From NCBI GenBank assembly GCA_963796055.1, contig CAWCKH010000004.1:2304001-2368000 (forward strand): a DNA stretch of 64,000 nt. Direction: 5' to 3'. This stretch comes from an uncultured delta proteobacterium (GTDB taxonomy: Bacteria > Myxococcota > Myxococcia > Myxococcales > Myxococcaceae). Numbering within the stretch: the stretch's first letter is position 1; each line of letters starts with the position of its first letter. Positions 28,130 to 37,649 of this stretch are shown one piece after another. The translations under genes were made by a program, and so were the position numbers. The notes below the pieces were generated by a model. That model had not been told where the DNA came from. It ran no database searches and was given only the letters and a program-made list of their open reading frames with translations.

Positions 28130-29046
28130 GCCACCCCCGCGGCCAGCGCCTCGGTGAGCACGTCCTCGAGGTCGCGCGAGGCACGCTCCAGCCCGACCAG
28201 GAGCGCCCCCGTCGCCCGGGCACCGTCCAGCGCTCCGTTCAGCGCCGCGGCGTCCGGTGCGGCGATCTCCCACGTCCCGTTCTCCGCCGGCTCGAACCCC
28301 AGCGTCAGCAGCGCCTCGGTGGCCGGGGGCAGCCCGGGGGCGAAGCGCACCCGCCAGCGTTGCTGGACCCGGGTGAGCGCCTCCAGCGGCCCGGAGCGGA
28401 CCAACCGCCCCCGGCAGAGGATGCCGATGCGGGTGCAGATGCGCTCGGTCTCCGAGAGCAGGTGCGAGTTGATGAACAAGGTGGCGCCGCGGGCGAGCTC
28501 GGCTGCGAGAAGCTGGCGGATCTCCACCCGTCCCAGCGGGTCCACCCCGTCGGTGGGCTCGTCGAGCACCAGCAGATCCGGCGCACCCACCAGCGCTGCG
28601 GCCAGCCCCAGCCGCTGGCGCATGCCCTTGCTGAAGCCGCGAATTCTCCTGTCCCCGGCCTCGGCAATGCCCAGCCGCTGGAGGAGAGCGTCCAGGCCGG
28701 CGCGCTGGGGGCGCAGCCCCTTCAGCCGCGCCACGCTCGCCAGGAAGGCCCGCGGGGTCCAGGCGCCAGGCAAGGTGAGCCGCTCCGGGAGGTAACCGAC
28801 GCGCGCCCGCGAGCGAGGATCCTCCGGACGACCGCCGAGCAGCTCCACCGCGCCCGAGTCGGGGTGGGCGATGGCGAGCAGGCACTTGATGAAGGTGGTT
28901 TTCCCCGCCCCGTTGGGACCGATGAGGCCGAATGCCTCGCCGCGCGGCACCTCGAGGTCCACCCCATCGAGTGCCACGGACTCGGTGCGGCCGAACCGGG
29001 TGCGGAAGCGCTTGTGGAGGGAGGTGACGGCGAACGCGGCCGACAT
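28126..29046 (-). CDS. ABC transporter ATP-binding protein
   Basis: GPNGAGKTT, FSKGMRQR, LDEPT and SHLL motifs; alternative start at 29082. Confidence 0.93.
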   Translation of the reverse strand: MSAAFAVTSLHKRFRTRFGRTESVALDGVDLEVPRGEAFGLIGPNGAGKTTFIKCLLAIAHPDSGAVELLGGRPEDPRSRARVGYLPERLTLPGAWTPRAFLASVARLKGLRPQRAGLDALLQRLGIAEAGDRRIRGFSKGMRQRLGLAAALVGAPDLLVLDEPTDGVDPLGRVEIRQLLAAELARGATLFINSHLLSETERICTRIGILCRGRLVRSGPLEALTRVQQRWRVRFAPGLPPATEALLTLGFEPAENGTWEIAAPDAAALNGALDGARATGALLVGLERASRDLEDVLTEALAAGVA

Positions 29047-29119
29047 CGGCCCCGGGAGCCTCCCATCTTGGGGGCCCGACATCCACGCCGCCCCGGAGGT
29101 CGAGCGCCGGGAGGGCCGC

Positions 29120-29500
29120 TCAGAGCCAGCCGGTGCCCCGGGGGCGGTACAGCAGGACCAGGAGCACCACCCCGGTCTGCGCCACCACCACCCCGGGCCT
29201 GAGCTCGCCCATCGCCCACACCACCGCATCGTCGAGCGCCATCGCCGCCGGCAGCGCCCAGAAGGCCCAGGGCCGCATCCTCCACAGGCCCCAGAGCGCC
29301 AGGGTCAGGGCCCCGGTGGTACCGACGACGTACGGCACGTACCCCGGTCCAAACGCCCGGCCCTGCCCGCTGGTCGCGGCGTGCAACCAGGTCGCGAGCA
29401 GGAGCAACGCCCCGGCCAGACACACCGCTGTCACCGGCCACGGACGCCCGGGGGAACGGGCCGCAGCGAACGGTCGCTCGTCCTCGGGCGCGCCGGCCAT
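29120..29500 (-). CDS. Small four-helix membrane protein
   Basis: Hydrophobic ORF (GLWRMRPWA) filling the gap; no recognised family. Confidence 0.55.
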   Translation of the reverse strand: MAGAPEDERPFAAARSPGRPWPVTAVCLAGALLLLATWLHAATSGQGRAFGPGYVPYVVGTTGALTLALWGLWRMRPWAFWALPAAMALDDAVVWAMGELRPGVVVAQTGVVLLVLLYRPRGTGWL

Positions 29501-29521
29501 CTCCCATGTTAATCGGGGACC

Positions 29522-30067
29522 ATGCACCTCGTCGCTGCCGTGCTCGCCCTCACCACTCTGGCCTCGGGAGGCACGCCCATGTCGGTTCACGATTTCAAGG
29601 TGAAGACCATCGACGGCAAGGAGGCCTCCCTGGCCGACTACAAGGGGAAGGCGCTCCTCATCGTCAACACCGCCTCGGAGTGCGGGTACACACCCCAGTA
29701 CGCCGGGCTCGAGGCGCTGTACGAGAAGTACCGCGACCGCGGCTTCACCGTCCTCGGCTTCCCCTCCAACGATTTCGGCGGGCAGGAGCCCGGGAGCAAC
29801 GCGGAGATCAAGAAGTTCTGCCAGCTCCGCTACCGGACCACCTTCCCCCTCTTCTCGAAGATCCCGGTGAAGGGCCCGGACGCCGATCCGCTCTACAAGT
29901 ACCTGAGCGGCCTGCCCGGGAAGCAGGGCGGAGCCATCACCTGGAACTTCAACAAATTCCTCGTCGCCCCGGACGGGAAGGTCATCGAGCACTTCGACAG
30001 CCGGGTCGAGCCGATGTCGCCCGAGCTGACCAGCAAGGTCGAGCAGGTCCTTCCGAAGAAGGGGTGA
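29522..30067 (+). CDS. Glutathione peroxidase family protein (Cys type) with signal peptide
   Basis: VNTASECG, GFPSNDFGGQEPG and WNFNKFL motifs. Confidence 0.95.
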   Translation: MHLVAAVLALTTLASGGTPMSVHDFKVKTIDGKEASLADYKGKALLIVNTASECGYTPQYAGLEALYEKYRDRGFTVLGFPSNDFGGQEPGSNAEIKKFCQLRYRTTFPLFSKIPVKGPDADPLYKYLSGLPGKQGGAITWNFNKFLVAPDGKVIEHFDSRVEPMSPELTSKVEQVLPKKG

Positions 30068-30087
30068 CCGACGGGGCCCGGGCCGCC

Positions 30088-30177
30088 CTAGCTGACTGCG
30101 GTCGCCCTGATCTCGCCGACTGCGGCCCGGCTGACGGCACCGGGACCCGGACCTCGACTCCGGCCGCCCTGACCTAG
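30088..30177 (-). repeat. Solo diverged copy of the ~85-90 bp element, bounded by CTAG at both ends
   Basis: Minus strand reads CTAGGTCAGGGCGGCCGGAGTCGAGGTCCGGGT...GCCGCAGTCGGCGAGATCAGGGCGACCGCAGTCAGCTAG and aligns with the 21.2-21.7 kb unit. Confidence 0.9.
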
Positions 30178-30707
30178 CGCCGTCGGAGGCCCCCGTCCGG
30201 GGACTGGCTGGTGAGCGCCTGGGGCGCCTCGGCCCGCTCCCTCGCCGCGTCGTGGGCGAGGATCCGGTCGATGCGCTTGGAGAGAGCCTTGCCCTTGCTG
30301 CTGCGCAGCGCGGCGCGGACATCGGTCACCAGCTGCCGGTGACGATCCTTCAGGTGGGCCAGGGCCGAGTCCTTGTCGGTCACCTGCTCGGTGAGGCGGG
30401 CGTTGGCGGCCCGGAGCTCGTCGCCCTTCTCCGAGGAGGTGATGGCCTGGCGCCGGGCGTCCTTTTGGTCCGCCTCGAGCTTGTTGGCCCGGGAGGCGTA
30501 CTCGTCGGCCATGCGCATGGCCTGGTAGGCGCGGGCGGTCTGGTCGTCGATCAGCCTTTTTGCGTAGAGCGACACCACCGCCAGCGCGATCACCGCCAGC
30601 CCGCCCACCATCCACGGGAGCACGAGCGGCGAGCGCTGCTTCGGCAGCGGCGCCGGCGTGTGCTCGGCCTCGGGCTCGGGTTCAGGAAACTGGAAGTCGT
30701 CGCTCAT
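30174..30707 (-). CDS. Single-pass membrane coiled-coil protein
   Basis: MSDDFQF start, one TM helix, then heptad-like charged helix; divergent from ftsE. Confidence 0.7.
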   Translation of the reverse strand: MSDDFQFPEPEPEAEHTPAPLPKQRSPLVLPWMVGGLAVIALAVVSLYAKRLIDDQTARAYQAMRMADEYASRANKLEADQKDARRQAITSSEKGDELRAANARLTEQVTDKDSALAHLKDRHRQLVTDVRAALRSSKGKALSKRIDRILAHDAARERAEAPQALTSQSPDGGLRRR

Positions 30708-30800
30708 CGAGGGACTCTTACCCCCCGAGTCTGGCACGGAAAGCTCGCCCCGTGGCCGAGTGAGCCCGGTTCTGCAACAATCCAGTCGCACCGACTGCCG

Positions 30801-31490
30801 ATGATCCAGATGTTCCACGTCACCAAGGCGTACCCGGGCGACCCGCCGGCGCTGGTCGACGTGAACCTGACGGTGGAGAAAGGTGAGTTCGTGTTCCTCA
30901 CCGGCCCCTCGGGTGCGGGAAAGACGACGCTTCTCCGACTCGTCTTCTGCGCCGAGCCGGCCACCCGCGGGCAGATCCTGGTCGGCGGCCGGAACGTGGC
31001 GCGCATCCGCCAGGCGAGCATCCCGTTCCTCCGGCGGAACATCGGGGTGGTGTTCCAGGACTTCAAGCTGCTGCCGCACCGGACGGTGCTGGACAACGTG
31101 GCGCTCGCGCTCGACGTGCTGGGCGTGGCCCGCGACGAGGCCCGCCAGCGCGCGAACCGGATGCTCAAGCTGGTGGGGCTGCAGCACAAGACCCAGAGCC
31201 TGCCCCTCAAGCTCAGCGGCGGAGAGCAGCAGCGGGTGGTCATCGCCCGCGCGCTGGTGAACGAGCCGGCCCTGCTCCTCGCCGACGAGCCCACCGGAAA
31301 CCTCGACCCCGGGCTCACCCAGGAGATCATGAGCCTGCTCTCGGACGCCAACGTGCGCGGGACGACGGTGGTGGTGGCCACGCACGACCTGGCGACGGTG
31401 GAGCGCTCCGGCAAGCGCGTGGTCCGGCTGGAGAAGGGCCGCATCGTCTCCGACCCGAGCGGGCCGGCGGTGGTCCGGCGGGTGGGGTAG
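30801..31490 (+). CDS. ftsE: Cell division ATP-binding protein FtsE
   Basis: GPSGAGKTT, LRRNIGVVFQDFKLL, LSGGEQQRV and ADEPTGNLD; followed by ftsX. Confidence 0.95.
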   Translation: MIQMFHVTKAYPGDPPALVDVNLTVEKGEFVFLTGPSGAGKTTLLRLVFCAEPATRGQILVGGRNVARIRQASIPFLRRNIGVVFQDFKLLPHRTVLDNVALALDVLGVARDEARQRANRMLKLVGLQHKTQSLPLKLSGGEQQRVVIARALVNEPALLLADEPTGNLDPGLTQEIMSLLSDANVRGTTVVVATHDLATVERSGKRVVRLEKGRIVSDPSGPAVVRRVG

Positions 31491-31503
31491 GGCGGAGGCC
31501 TGC

Positions 31504-32403
31504 TTGAGCGCGGTCGCGAAGGCGCAGACGTTCTGGCGTTCGGCGGTGGAGGGCATCCGGCACCAGCCGTTCGTCCACGCCGTCTCGACGGTGACCCTGG
31601 CCATCGCCCTGTTCACCCTGGGGCTGGCGCGCTCGGCGGCGCACGAGCTGGACCGGCTGGTGGGGAGCCTCGGCGGCGAGGTGCGGGTGACGGTGTATCT
31701 GGACCCCCGCGCCTCGCCCGAGGCCCGCGCCGCGGTGGTGACCACCTTGCGCGGGCGCAGCATGGCGGTCGACGAGGTGAGCCCGCGGGCGGCGCTGGAG
31801 CGGCTGTTGCGGGAGCTCGGTCCCGCCGCCGAGTCGCTGCGTGGGCTGTCCGAGGATCCGCTTCCGCCGTCGCTCGAGGTCCGGGTCCCGGAACGGATGC
31901 GTGCTCCCGAGGCGCTGCGGACGCTCGCCGCCGAGCTGCGCGGGACGGCGGCGGTGACAGGGGTCGACTACGGCGAGCAGGCGGTGGAGCGGCTCTCGGC
32001 CATCGCCCGCGCGGTGCGCTGGGCGGGCTGGGTGGCCTTCGTCGTCCTGGTGGGCGCCACCCTGATCATCGTCTCCGCCACCCTCCAGCTCGCCATCTAC
32101 GCCCGGCGCGAGGAGGTGGAGATCCAGAAGCTGGTGGGCGCGACCGACCGCTTCGTCCAGGCGCCGTTCCTGCTGGAGGGGGCGCTCCAGGGGCTCGCCG
32201 GGGCGGCACTGGCCATCGCCGCGCTGGTCGCCTTCCGGCAGACGCTGTCGCCCCAGCTCGCCACGCTCCTCTCCTTCCTCCGGCTCCCTGGCGTCGCCGC
32301 CGACGCGCGGCCGTGGATGGAGGTCCTGGAGCTGGGGCTCGCCGGGGCGGCGCTGGGCCTGTCCGGGAGCTACCTCGCCGTGCACCGGTTCCTCCGCGCA
32401 TGA
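31504..32403 (+). CDS. ftsX: Cell division permease FtsX
   Basis: Four TM helices, DPLPPSLEV and IYARREEVEIQKLVGATDRFVQAPF motifs. Confidence 0.93.
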   Translation: MSAVAKAQTFWRSAVEGIRHQPFVHAVSTVTLAIALFTLGLARSAAHELDRLVGSLGGEVRVTVYLDPRASPEARAAVVTTLRGRSMAVDEVSPRAALERLLRELGPAAESLRGLSEDPLPPSLEVRVPERMRAPEALRTLAAELRGTAAVTGVDYGEQAVERLSAIARAVRWAGWVAFVVLVGATLIIVSATLQLAIYARREEVEIQKLVGATDRFVQAPFLLEGALQGLAGAALAIAALVAFRQTLSPQLATLLSFLRLPGVAADARPWMEVLELGLAGAALGLSGSYLAVHRFLRA

Positions 32404-33509
32404 GAGCCACGGCCGCGGTCCTGGCCTCGCTGCTCCTCGGGACCACCGCGGCCGCGGCCGAGGCCGAGTCCGACCCGCTGGAGGCCCAGCGTGCGCTGGT
32501 GCAGGCGCTCCGGGCGCAGTCGGGGAACGCCGAGGCCGCGTTCGGCGTGTACGCCGGGCTGGCGCGGGTGTCGGCGGCGCGGGCGGCGGCGCTCTCCGCC
32601 CAGATGCGGGTGCTCGGTAGTCGCCTCGCAGCCGCCGAGGCCGAGGAGGCGCTCGCCCGCGCGGTGCTCGAATCGCGCATGGAGCGGCTCCGGCCGCGGC
32701 TTCTGTCCCTGTACCGCATCACCCAGCGCAGCCCGCTGGAGGTGCTGCTGCCCGCCGAGGACGTGGCCACCTTCGCCTGGCGGGCGCGGGCCCTCTCCTC
32801 GCTGGTCCGGAGCGACCTCGCCGCACTCGACGAGATGCGCTCGGTGGCGCTCTTCCAGCGCTCGCGGCTCGAGCAGCTCGACGCCTGGAAGCGGCAGATG
32901 GGCAGCCGGCTCGCCGAGCTGCGCGCGGAGGCCGAGGAGGCGGCCGTGCAGCAGACCGAGCTCGGCGAGGCGCTGCAGCTGCTCCAGGCCAAGGCGCGTG
33001 CCGCGGGCTCGGTGCTGGCCGAGCTCGGCCGTTCGCGGGCCCAGCTCCAGGCGGTGGCGGCGGTGCTCGAGGAGCCGGAGCCCACCGGGTTCGGCGCGCT
33101 CCGCGGGAAGCTGCCGCTGCCCGTGCCAGGGCACGTGGAGGTGGCGTTCGGCCGGCTGGTCCACCCCAGGTTCAACACCGTGACGGTGCAGAAGGGGCTC
33201 GACATCCGCGCGGCGCCGGGTGCCCCGGTGCGTGCGCTCGCCCCCGCAACGGTGGCCTGGACCGGCTGGCTGGGCGGCTACGGCAATCTCCTGGTGCTCG
33301 ACCAGGGCGACGGGTACCACACCATCTACGCCCACCTGGCCGAGGTGCTCCGCCCGCTGGGGGCACGCGTCTTCCCCGGCGAGGTGGTGGGGACGGTCGG
33401 GGACACCGGCTCGCTGAAGGGGGCGTACCTGTACTTCGAGGTTCGCCGGCGCGGACTGGCGGTGGACCCGCTGCCCTGGGTCGGGGCGGCGATGGCCCGG
33501 GCCCCGTGA
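32400..33509 (+). CDS. envC: Murein hydrolase activator EnvC-like (coiled coil plus degenerate M23 domain)
   Basis: Signal peptide, coiled coil, QKGLDI, GYGNLLVLD and LYFEVR (metal-binding His residues replaced); downstream of ftsEX. Confidence 0.85.
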   Translation: MRATAAVLASLLLGTTAAAAEAESDPLEAQRALVQALRAQSGNAEAAFGVYAGLARVSAARAAALSAQMRVLGSRLAAAEAEEALARAVLESRMERLRPRLLSLYRITQRSPLEVLLPAEDVATFAWRARALSSLVRSDLAALDEMRSVALFQRSRLEQLDAWKRQMGSRLAELRAEAEEAAVQQTELGEALQLLQAKARAAGSVLAELGRSRAQLQAVAAVLEEPEPTGFGALRGKLPLPVPGHVEVAFGRLVHPRFNTVTVQKGLDIRAAPGAPVRALAPATVAWTGWLGGYGNLLVLDQGDGYHTIYAHLAEVLRPLGARVFPGEVVGTVGDTGSLKGAYLYFEVRRRGLAVDPLPWVGAAMARAP

Positions 33510-33518
33510 GCGCCGCGC

Positions 33519-33547
33519 TTGACGCACCGCGGCACGGTGCTTAGGTT
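33519..33547 (+). promoter_or_regulatory. Sigma70-type promoter with an inverted repeat in the spacer
   Basis: TTGACG-17 bp-TAGGTT, ending 6 nt before the GTG at 33554; GCACCG-N5-CGGTGC at 33524-33540. Confidence 0.55.
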
Positions 33548-33553
33548 CCGGTC

Positions 33554-34459
33554 GTGGACCTCCTCGCGACCGTGCAGGGGTACGTGCGGAGGCGGCTCAT
33601 GGCCGCCGGCGTCGCCTCGGACCTGCACCCCGTGGCCGGCCACTCGGTGCACGCTTACCGGGTTCCGGGGAGGGGCGAGGGGCCGCCGGTGCTGCTGGTG
33701 CATGGACTGGGCGGAAGCGCGAACGGGTGGGTCCGCGTGCTCCGTCCGCTCGCCCGCGACTTTTCCGCCGTCTACGCGCTGGACCTTCCGGGGAACGGCT
33801 TCTCGCCGCTGCCTGCCTCGGGGCCGCTCACCCTCGAGGAGCAGCTCGGCGTGCTGCACGCCTTCTGCCAGGAGGTGGTGAAGGCGCCGGCGTTCGTGGT
33901 CGGGAACTCCCTGGGCGGGGCGCTGTCGCTCATCCTCGCCGCGGTGCACCCCGAGGACGTCGCCGCCCTGGGTCTGGTCTCGCCAGCCGGGGGCCAGATG
34001 ACCCCCGAGTCCATGGCCGAGCTGATGCGCGCGCTCGACGTCCGCACCACCGCCGATGCGGTCCGGCTCACCCGGCGCCTCTTCCACCGCGCACCGCTGG
34101 TGGCGATCCTCTTCGCCCCGGAGCTGAAGAAGATGCACGCCACGCCTGCGGTGCGCGCGCTGCGCACCCACGCCCAGGAGCGTCACCACATCCCGCCGGA
34201 GCTCCTCCTCGGCCTGCGGGCGCCCACGCTGCTGCTCTGGGGGGCGAGCGAGAAGTTGCTCCCCCGCGAGCAGCTCGACTGGTACCGCGCTCACCTGCCA
34301 TCCGGGGCGCGCATCGAGGTGGTGCCGGGCTTCGGCCACGTGCCGCAGATGGAGCGGCCGCGCGAGCTGGTGCAGCGGCTCCGGGGCTTCGCCGAGGAGG
34401 TCGGGCTGGTGGCGGTCAGCACGCCGCGCCCGGGGGACGCCCGAGGGACGGCGCAGTAG
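33554..34459 (+). CDS. Alpha/beta fold hydrolase
   Basis: LLVHGLGG, DLPGNG, GNSLGG nucleophile elbow and GHVPQME. Confidence 0.92.
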   Translation: MDLLATVQGYVRRRLMAAGVASDLHPVAGHSVHAYRVPGRGEGPPVLLVHGLGGSANGWVRVLRPLARDFSAVYALDLPGNGFSPLPASGPLTLEEQLGVLHAFCQEVVKAPAFVVGNSLGGALSLILAAVHPEDVAALGLVSPAGGQMTPESMAELMRALDVRTTADAVRLTRRLFHRAPLVAILFAPELKKMHATPAVRALRTHAQERHHIPPELLLGLRAPTLLLWGASEKLLPREQLDWYRAHLPSGARIEVVPGFGHVPQMERPRELVQRLRGFAEEVGLVAVSTPRPGDARGTAQ

Positions 34460-34460
34460 C

Positions 34461-34479
34461 CCGAGCCTCGGCGGCTCGG
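34461..34479. terminator. GC hairpin between convergent genes
   Basis: CCGAGCC-N5-GGCTCGG; no U-tract. Confidence 0.3.
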
Positions 34480-34483
34480 CCCT

Positions 34484-35002
34484 TCAGTGCGCGGGCCGGA
34501 GGGTCTGCCCCGTGGTGAGGAAGTGGTTGAGCGCCTGCTCCCATTCGCGCATCGCGCGGAGGTAGGCCTCGGGCGTCTTGCTCCGCACCAGGGCCACGCC
34601 GGGACTGCCGAGCGCGGTCCAGGTGTAGCGGACGGTGGCGATGCTCCGGGCCTTTCCGTCCGGACGGAGCTGGATGTCGATCTCGGTCACGTCCGAGCCG
34701 GGGGTGACGTGGACGTAGTGGACGTGCCCCGCGGCAGGCTCCCAGGTGTCGAGGAGCCAGACCGTCTCTGGGTGCCCGGGGTGCCGGACGACGAACAGCG
34801 TCCCCGCACCGCCCCCCGGCGGCTCCCAGCGCATCTCGGGCTCCCAGCCGTGCGCCCAGGCGCGCTCGCCCAGCGGCGTGAGCAGGGGCAGCACCCGGTC
34901 CGGCGCCGCCTCGAGGTGCTGCTCGTAGACATGGCTCACCCGCTCCGGCAGGCCCGGGGGAGCGGCGGCGAGCGCCACGGAGACGAGGGGAACGAGGCTC
35001 AT
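34484..35002 (-). CDS. Hypothetical protein, SRPBCC/START-like
   Basis: PDRVLPLLTPLGERAWAHGW and WEQALNHFL pattern; ATGA overlap with MarR. Confidence 0.7.
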   Translation of the reverse strand: MSLVPLVSVALAAAPPGLPERVSHVYEQHLEAAPDRVLPLLTPLGERAWAHGWEPEMRWEPPGGGAGTLFVVRHPGHPETVWLLDTWEPAAGHVHYVHVTPGSDVTEIDIQLRPDGKARSIATVRYTWTALGSPGVALVRSKTPEAYLRAMREWEQALNHFLTTGQTLRPAH

Positions 35003-35454
35003 GGGGACTTCCTCCTGGACTGTGGCGCGTCGTCGCCGTCGATGGTCTCGGACAGGGCGTGGAGCACGGCCTGGAAACCTCGCAGGTCGCGCTCGGTGAG
35101 GCGGGCCAGCGCACGCTCCTCCAGCCCGGCGAGGTGCTGGTGCACCCGGGCCGCGGCGCGCACCCCGTTCCGGGTGAGCCGCACGGTGAAGGAGCGGCGG
35201 TCCTCGGGGCGCACGTCCCGGGTCACGTCGCCCCGGGCCTCCAGCCGATCGAGGTAGCTGGTGAGGGTGGAGCGCTTGTGGGCGAACGCCCGGTGGAGCT
35301 CCGCCACCGAGGACGGGCCGGCCTCGGCGAGGTGGGCGAGGAGGTGCGCCTCGCCCTGGGAGAGGCCGAGCGGTGGGTCCGCGGCGTCGAGGTACAGGCC
35401 GATGCGGTGGGTGGTGCGGTGGACGAAGGGAATCAGCTGGAGGCGCCCTCTCAT
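34999..35454 (-). CDS. MarR family transcriptional regulator
   Basis: STLTSYLDRLEARG and EDRRSFTVRLT winged-helix motifs. Confidence 0.9.
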   Translation of the reverse strand: MRGRLQLIPFVHRTTHRIGLYLDAADPPLGLSQGEAHLLAHLAEAGPSSVAELHRAFAHKRSTLTSYLDRLEARGDVTRDVRPEDRRSFTVRLTRNGVRAAARVHQHLAGLEERALARLTERDLRGFQAVLHALSETIDGDDAPQSRRKSP

Positions 35455-35469
35455 GACGGATTCGGATAG

Positions 35470-35481
35470 TACGAACTCGTA
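35470..35481. promoter_or_regulatory. Candidate MarR operator palindrome
   Basis: TACGA-AC-TCGTA in an AT-rich patch starting 16 bp upstream of the marR start. Confidence 0.45.
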
Positions 35482-35551
35482 ATTAGTGCAAGCGCGCCAG
35501 GCGAGATTCGCCTCGGCGGGCCGGGCCGGGATACGCTCGCCGGACGCACCC

Positions 35552-36832
35552 GTGACCGTTCTCTCCCCGCTCCTCCTCCTCGCCACCCTGGCCGCTGCCC
35601 CCGCCCCGGCGCCTCCGCCGGAGGACGCCACCTACCGGCAGCTGGAGCTCTTCGCCCGGGTGCTCTCGTACGTGCAGAACAACTACGTGGAGAAGGTGGA
35701 CGAGCGGCAGCTGGTCTACGGCGCGATCCGCGGGATGCTGGAGACCCTCGACCCGCACACCGTCTTCATGCCGCCCGAGATCTTCAAGGAGATGAAGATC
35801 GACACCTCGGGCGAGTTCGGTGGCCTGGGGATGGACGTCGTGAAGCGCGGCGACGCCCTGGTGGTGGTCTCACCCCTGGACGACACCCCGGCGGCGCGGG
35901 CCGGCATCCAGCCCGGAGACGAGATCCTGGCCATCGACGGAGAGAGCACCCAGGGGATGGACGTGGCCCGGGCGACCGCCAGGATGCGCGGGCCCGCCGG
36001 GCAGCGGGTGACGCTGACCCTGATGCGTGCCGGCTTCCAGCAACCGCAGGACATCGTCCTGCTCCGCGACCACGTCCGCATCGTCTCGGTGCAGGGAGCG
36101 CTCTACGGCGGCATCGGCTGGGTGCGGCTGAAGAACTTCCAGGAGCGCACCGACGCCAGCCTCAAGCGGGAGCTGGACCGGCTCCGCACCGAGAACGGCG
36201 GCCGGGAGCTGTCGGGCGTGGTGCTCGACCTGCGCAACAACCCCGGTGGGCTGCTCGACCAGGCGGTCGCGGTGAGCGATCGGTTCCTCCCGGGTCGGCT
36301 CACCATCGTGACCACCCGGGGGCGCGCCGGCCGGAGCCTCACCGAGGAGAAGAGCCGAGACCCCGGCACCGAGCCCGACTACCCGATGGTGGTCCTGGTC
36401 AACGCCGGGAGCGCCTCGGCCTCGGAGGTGGTGGCCGGTGCGCTGCAGGACCACGGCCGGGCCACGGTGCTCGGAACCCAGACCTTCGGGAAGGGCTCGG
36501 TGCAGACCGTCATCGAGCTCGAGGATGGCAGTGGCCTCAAGCTCACCATCGCCCGCTACTACACGCCGAAGGGACGGAGCATCCAGGAGCGGGGGATCGA
36601 GCCCGACTTTCTGGTCCCGGCCGAGGCCACCGCCCGCGAGCTCCGGGAGAAGGACCTTCGCCGGCATTTCCGGAACCCCGACGCCGGCACCGCCGAGACC
36701 GCGCGCCGGCTCCCGCCTCAGCCGGCCTGGGAGGTGAGCCAGAAGACCAGCGATCCGCAGCTCCGCGCGGCGCTGGAGTTCCTCCACGCCCGGGCTCGTG
36801 CGCCTGGGCAGAAGGCCGCCGCCACTCGCTGA
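35552..36832 (+). CDS. ctpA: S41 carboxyl-terminal processing protease with PDZ domain
   Basis: LDPHT, FGGLG, DLRNNPGG, SASASE, TFGKGSVQ and ARYYTPKG motifs. Confidence 0.95.
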   Translation: MTVLSPLLLLATLAAAPAPAPPPEDATYRQLELFARVLSYVQNNYVEKVDERQLVYGAIRGMLETLDPHTVFMPPEIFKEMKIDTSGEFGGLGMDVVKRGDALVVVSPLDDTPAARAGIQPGDEILAIDGESTQGMDVARATARMRGPAGQRVTLTLMRAGFQQPQDIVLLRDHVRIVSVQGALYGGIGWVRLKNFQERTDASLKRELDRLRTENGGRELSGVVLDLRNNPGGLLDQAVAVSDRFLPGRLTIVTTRGRAGRSLTEEKSRDPGTEPDYPMVVLVNAGSASASEVVAGALQDHGRATVLGTQTFGKGSVQTVIELEDGSGLKLTIARYYTPKGRSIQERGIEPDFLVPAEATARELREKDLRRHFRNPDAGTAETARRLPPQPAWEVSQKTSDPQLRAALEFLHARARAPGQKAAATR

Positions 36833-36883
36833 TGTAACGCCCCGGGCCCACGGCGTACGTCGAGGCGGAGGGACCGCACTCAC

Positions 36884-37612
36884 ATGGGCATCACCAACAC
36901 CGAATCCGGCACGCGCGTCGACGAGATCGCCGACGGCATCTACCGCATCAGCACTCCCACCAGCCTCATCCCCGGTGGCTTCACCTTCAACCAGTTCCTC
37001 GTCGAGGACGAGGCGCCGCTCCTCTTCCACACCGGGCTGCGGGGGATGTTCCCGCTCGTCCGCGAGGCGGTGGGCCACGTCCTCGGTGACGCCGGCCGGC
37101 TCCGGTACGTGTCGTTCTCCCACTGGGAGGCCGACGAGTCCGGGGCGCTCAACGCCTGGCTCGAGGTGGCGCCCCGGGCCGAGCCGGTGTGCAGCGTGAC
37201 CGCGGCCCTGGTCTCGGTGAACGACCAGGCCGCTCGTCCACCCCGCGCGCTGGCGGACGGCGAGGAGCTCTCGCTGGGGCGGCGGTCCGTGCGGTGGATC
37301 GACACCCCGCACCTCCCGCACGGGTGGGAGAGCGGCCTCCTCTTCGAGGCCGGCAGCCGGACGCTCCTCTGCGGTGACCTGTTCACGGCGGGCGGCGCCG
37401 ACGTGCCGCCGCTCAGCTCCACCGACGTCATCGGGCCGGCGATGGCGATGCACGAGACCACCCCGTACCTGGTCCGGGGCCCCCACGTGCGCCCGCTGCT
37501 GGAGAAGCTCGCCCGGCTCGAGCCAGGAGTCCTGGGCCTCATGCACGGAAGCTCCTTCCAGGGGGACGGCGGGCGGGCGCTGGTTGCCCTGGCCGATGCT
37601 CTCGGCGTCTGA
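36884..37612 (+). CDS. Metallo-beta-lactamase fold, flavodiiron/ODP-like di-iron protein
   Basis: FNQFLV..E.PLLFHTG, SHWEADE, TPHLPH, LCGDLF and MHGS. Confidence 0.8.
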   Translation: MGITNTESGTRVDEIADGIYRISTPTSLIPGGFTFNQFLVEDEAPLLFHTGLRGMFPLVREAVGHVLGDAGRLRYVSFSHWEADESGALNAWLEVAPRAEPVCSVTAALVSVNDQAARPPRALADGEELSLGRRSVRWIDTPHLPHGWESGLLFEAGSRTLLCGDLFTAGGADVPPLSSTDVIGPAMAMHETTPYLVRGPHVRPLLEKLARLEPGVLGLMHGSSFQGDGGRALVALADALGV

Positions 37613-37649
37613 CACGGTCGTCCCCTCGCGGTGGTACCGTCTCGGGTCG

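Noticed and set aside
29522..30067. Selenocysteine glutathione peroxidase
   Set aside because: The active-site codon is TGC (Cys) and there is no internal in-frame TGA.
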